The translations under genes and the position numbers were made by a program. The notes beneath the pieces are model-generated. The model ran no database searches and was not told where the DNA came from. It saw nothing but the letters and a program-made list of their open reading frames with translations. A stretch of 64,000 nt of DNA from Mobula hypostoma (lineage: Eukaryota), in assembly GCF_963921235.1 (NCBI RefSeq), contig NC_086097.1, forward strand, positions 4,774,001 through 4,838,000, given 5' to 3'. Below, one piece after another: positions 63,036 through 64,000 of the stretch; within the stretch, counting starts at the first letter, position 1; each line of letters begins with the position of its first letter.

Positions 63036-63280
63036 TCACACAAACGCAAGAGATTCTGCAGATGTTGGAAATCCAGAGCAACACACACTAAATATTGGAT
63101 GAACTCACAGGTCAGCCAGCATCTATAGAAATGAATAAACAGGATGTTCAGGCCAAGACCCTTCTTCGGGATCTGATGAAGCCTGATGAAGGGTTTTGGC
63201 CCGAAATGTCAACCATTTATCCATCTCCATAGATGCAGCCCGAGCTGCTGAGTTCTTCCAGTATTTTGTGTGTGTTGCTT
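63036..63280. mobile_element. Penelope-like inverted pLTR pair with a hammerhead core at 63183-63210
   Basis: Arms 63077-63139 and 63216-63279 are imperfect reverse complements; CTGATGA-A-GGG(TTTTGG)CCC-GAAATGTC. Confidence 0.8.
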
Positions 63281-63814
63281 CAGAGATGGCATCCATAGTG
63301 CCTCATTAAATGTGAATCAATTCATGGCCAGCCGGACTGAAGAAATGCAGACGTGTAGACATGAAAAGATCACATCTCTTTCATTTAGAAATAAGTCCTA
63401 CTGTTGTGGCAGTGGCTGAGATTTTCATCATTAAATCACAGTGGTATTCTGAACTTCTGAATGAAAGAGATTGGCGACTACTTGTGGGAAAACCCAACAC
63501 AATTGAGCCTGAGACACTGAAGAAAGAGTTAAGAATTTGTAAAACACCTCCGTGAGTTATTACAGCTCATAAAAAGCATCACAGTAGTTATGGTAATTAA
63601 TTGTGGGTGAAATACTCTAACAGGTGTAATAAGGCATTGCATGACATGTTTTTGTCAGCCTATCCATGCATCCACTAAATAATTACATTTTAGAAAACAT
63701 ATTTTCTGTGATAGCTCTATCCATTAGCATTGGCCACAGCTTGTTCCCATTCTGTAGCCATGCTGCTTATGTGAAATTCATCCAACTTGAATATAAGTGG
63801 TAAATGTTGCAACC

Positions 63815-64000
63815 AAGCTGCAGAGAGTTGTAAAGTCAGCCAGTTCCATCATGAGCACTCACTTCCCCACCATCCAGGACACCATCAAAAGGTGATGCCC
63901 CAAAAAGGCATCATTAAGAACCCGCAAGGACTTGCTCCCTTGTTTTACTACCATCAGGGAGGAGGTGCAGGAGCCTGAAGACACACATTCAATGATTCAG
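63815..64000 (+). mobile_element. Rex1/Babar-like 3' remnant running off the window
   Basis: Matches 53900-54095. Confidence 0.7.

Overview
This is eukaryotic, repeat-saturated intronic or intergenic DNA. The repeat inventory suggests a cartilaginous fish, probably a ray (inference). No host gene exon, rRNA, true tRNA or CRISPR array can be supported. Most of the window is nested transposable-element debris: many CR1 LINEs, Rex1/Babar-like and L2 LINEs, a young 5'-truncated L1 with a 19-bp TSD, and a both-ends-present Vingi/Ingi-type LINE. It also holds Penelope-like elements (GIY-YIG), a deleted Gypsy element, solo LTRs, Tc1 and hAT MITEs, V-SINEs and short RTE-like elements. The most interesting layer is RNA structure: hand-folding gives candidates from three self-cleaving ribozyme classes at element ends. 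These are (i) a CPEB3-like HDV fold at the 5' end of the Vingi element (44048-44110, minus), (ii) a decayed twister whose predicted cleavage site coincides with the 5' junction of an RTE-like element (8563-8613, minus), and (iii) minimal hammerheads in Penelope pLTRs (best copy 29888-29925, minus). Many TSDs allow insertion order to be reconstructed. All family assignments and folds are by eye, and element boundaries without a TSD are approximate.
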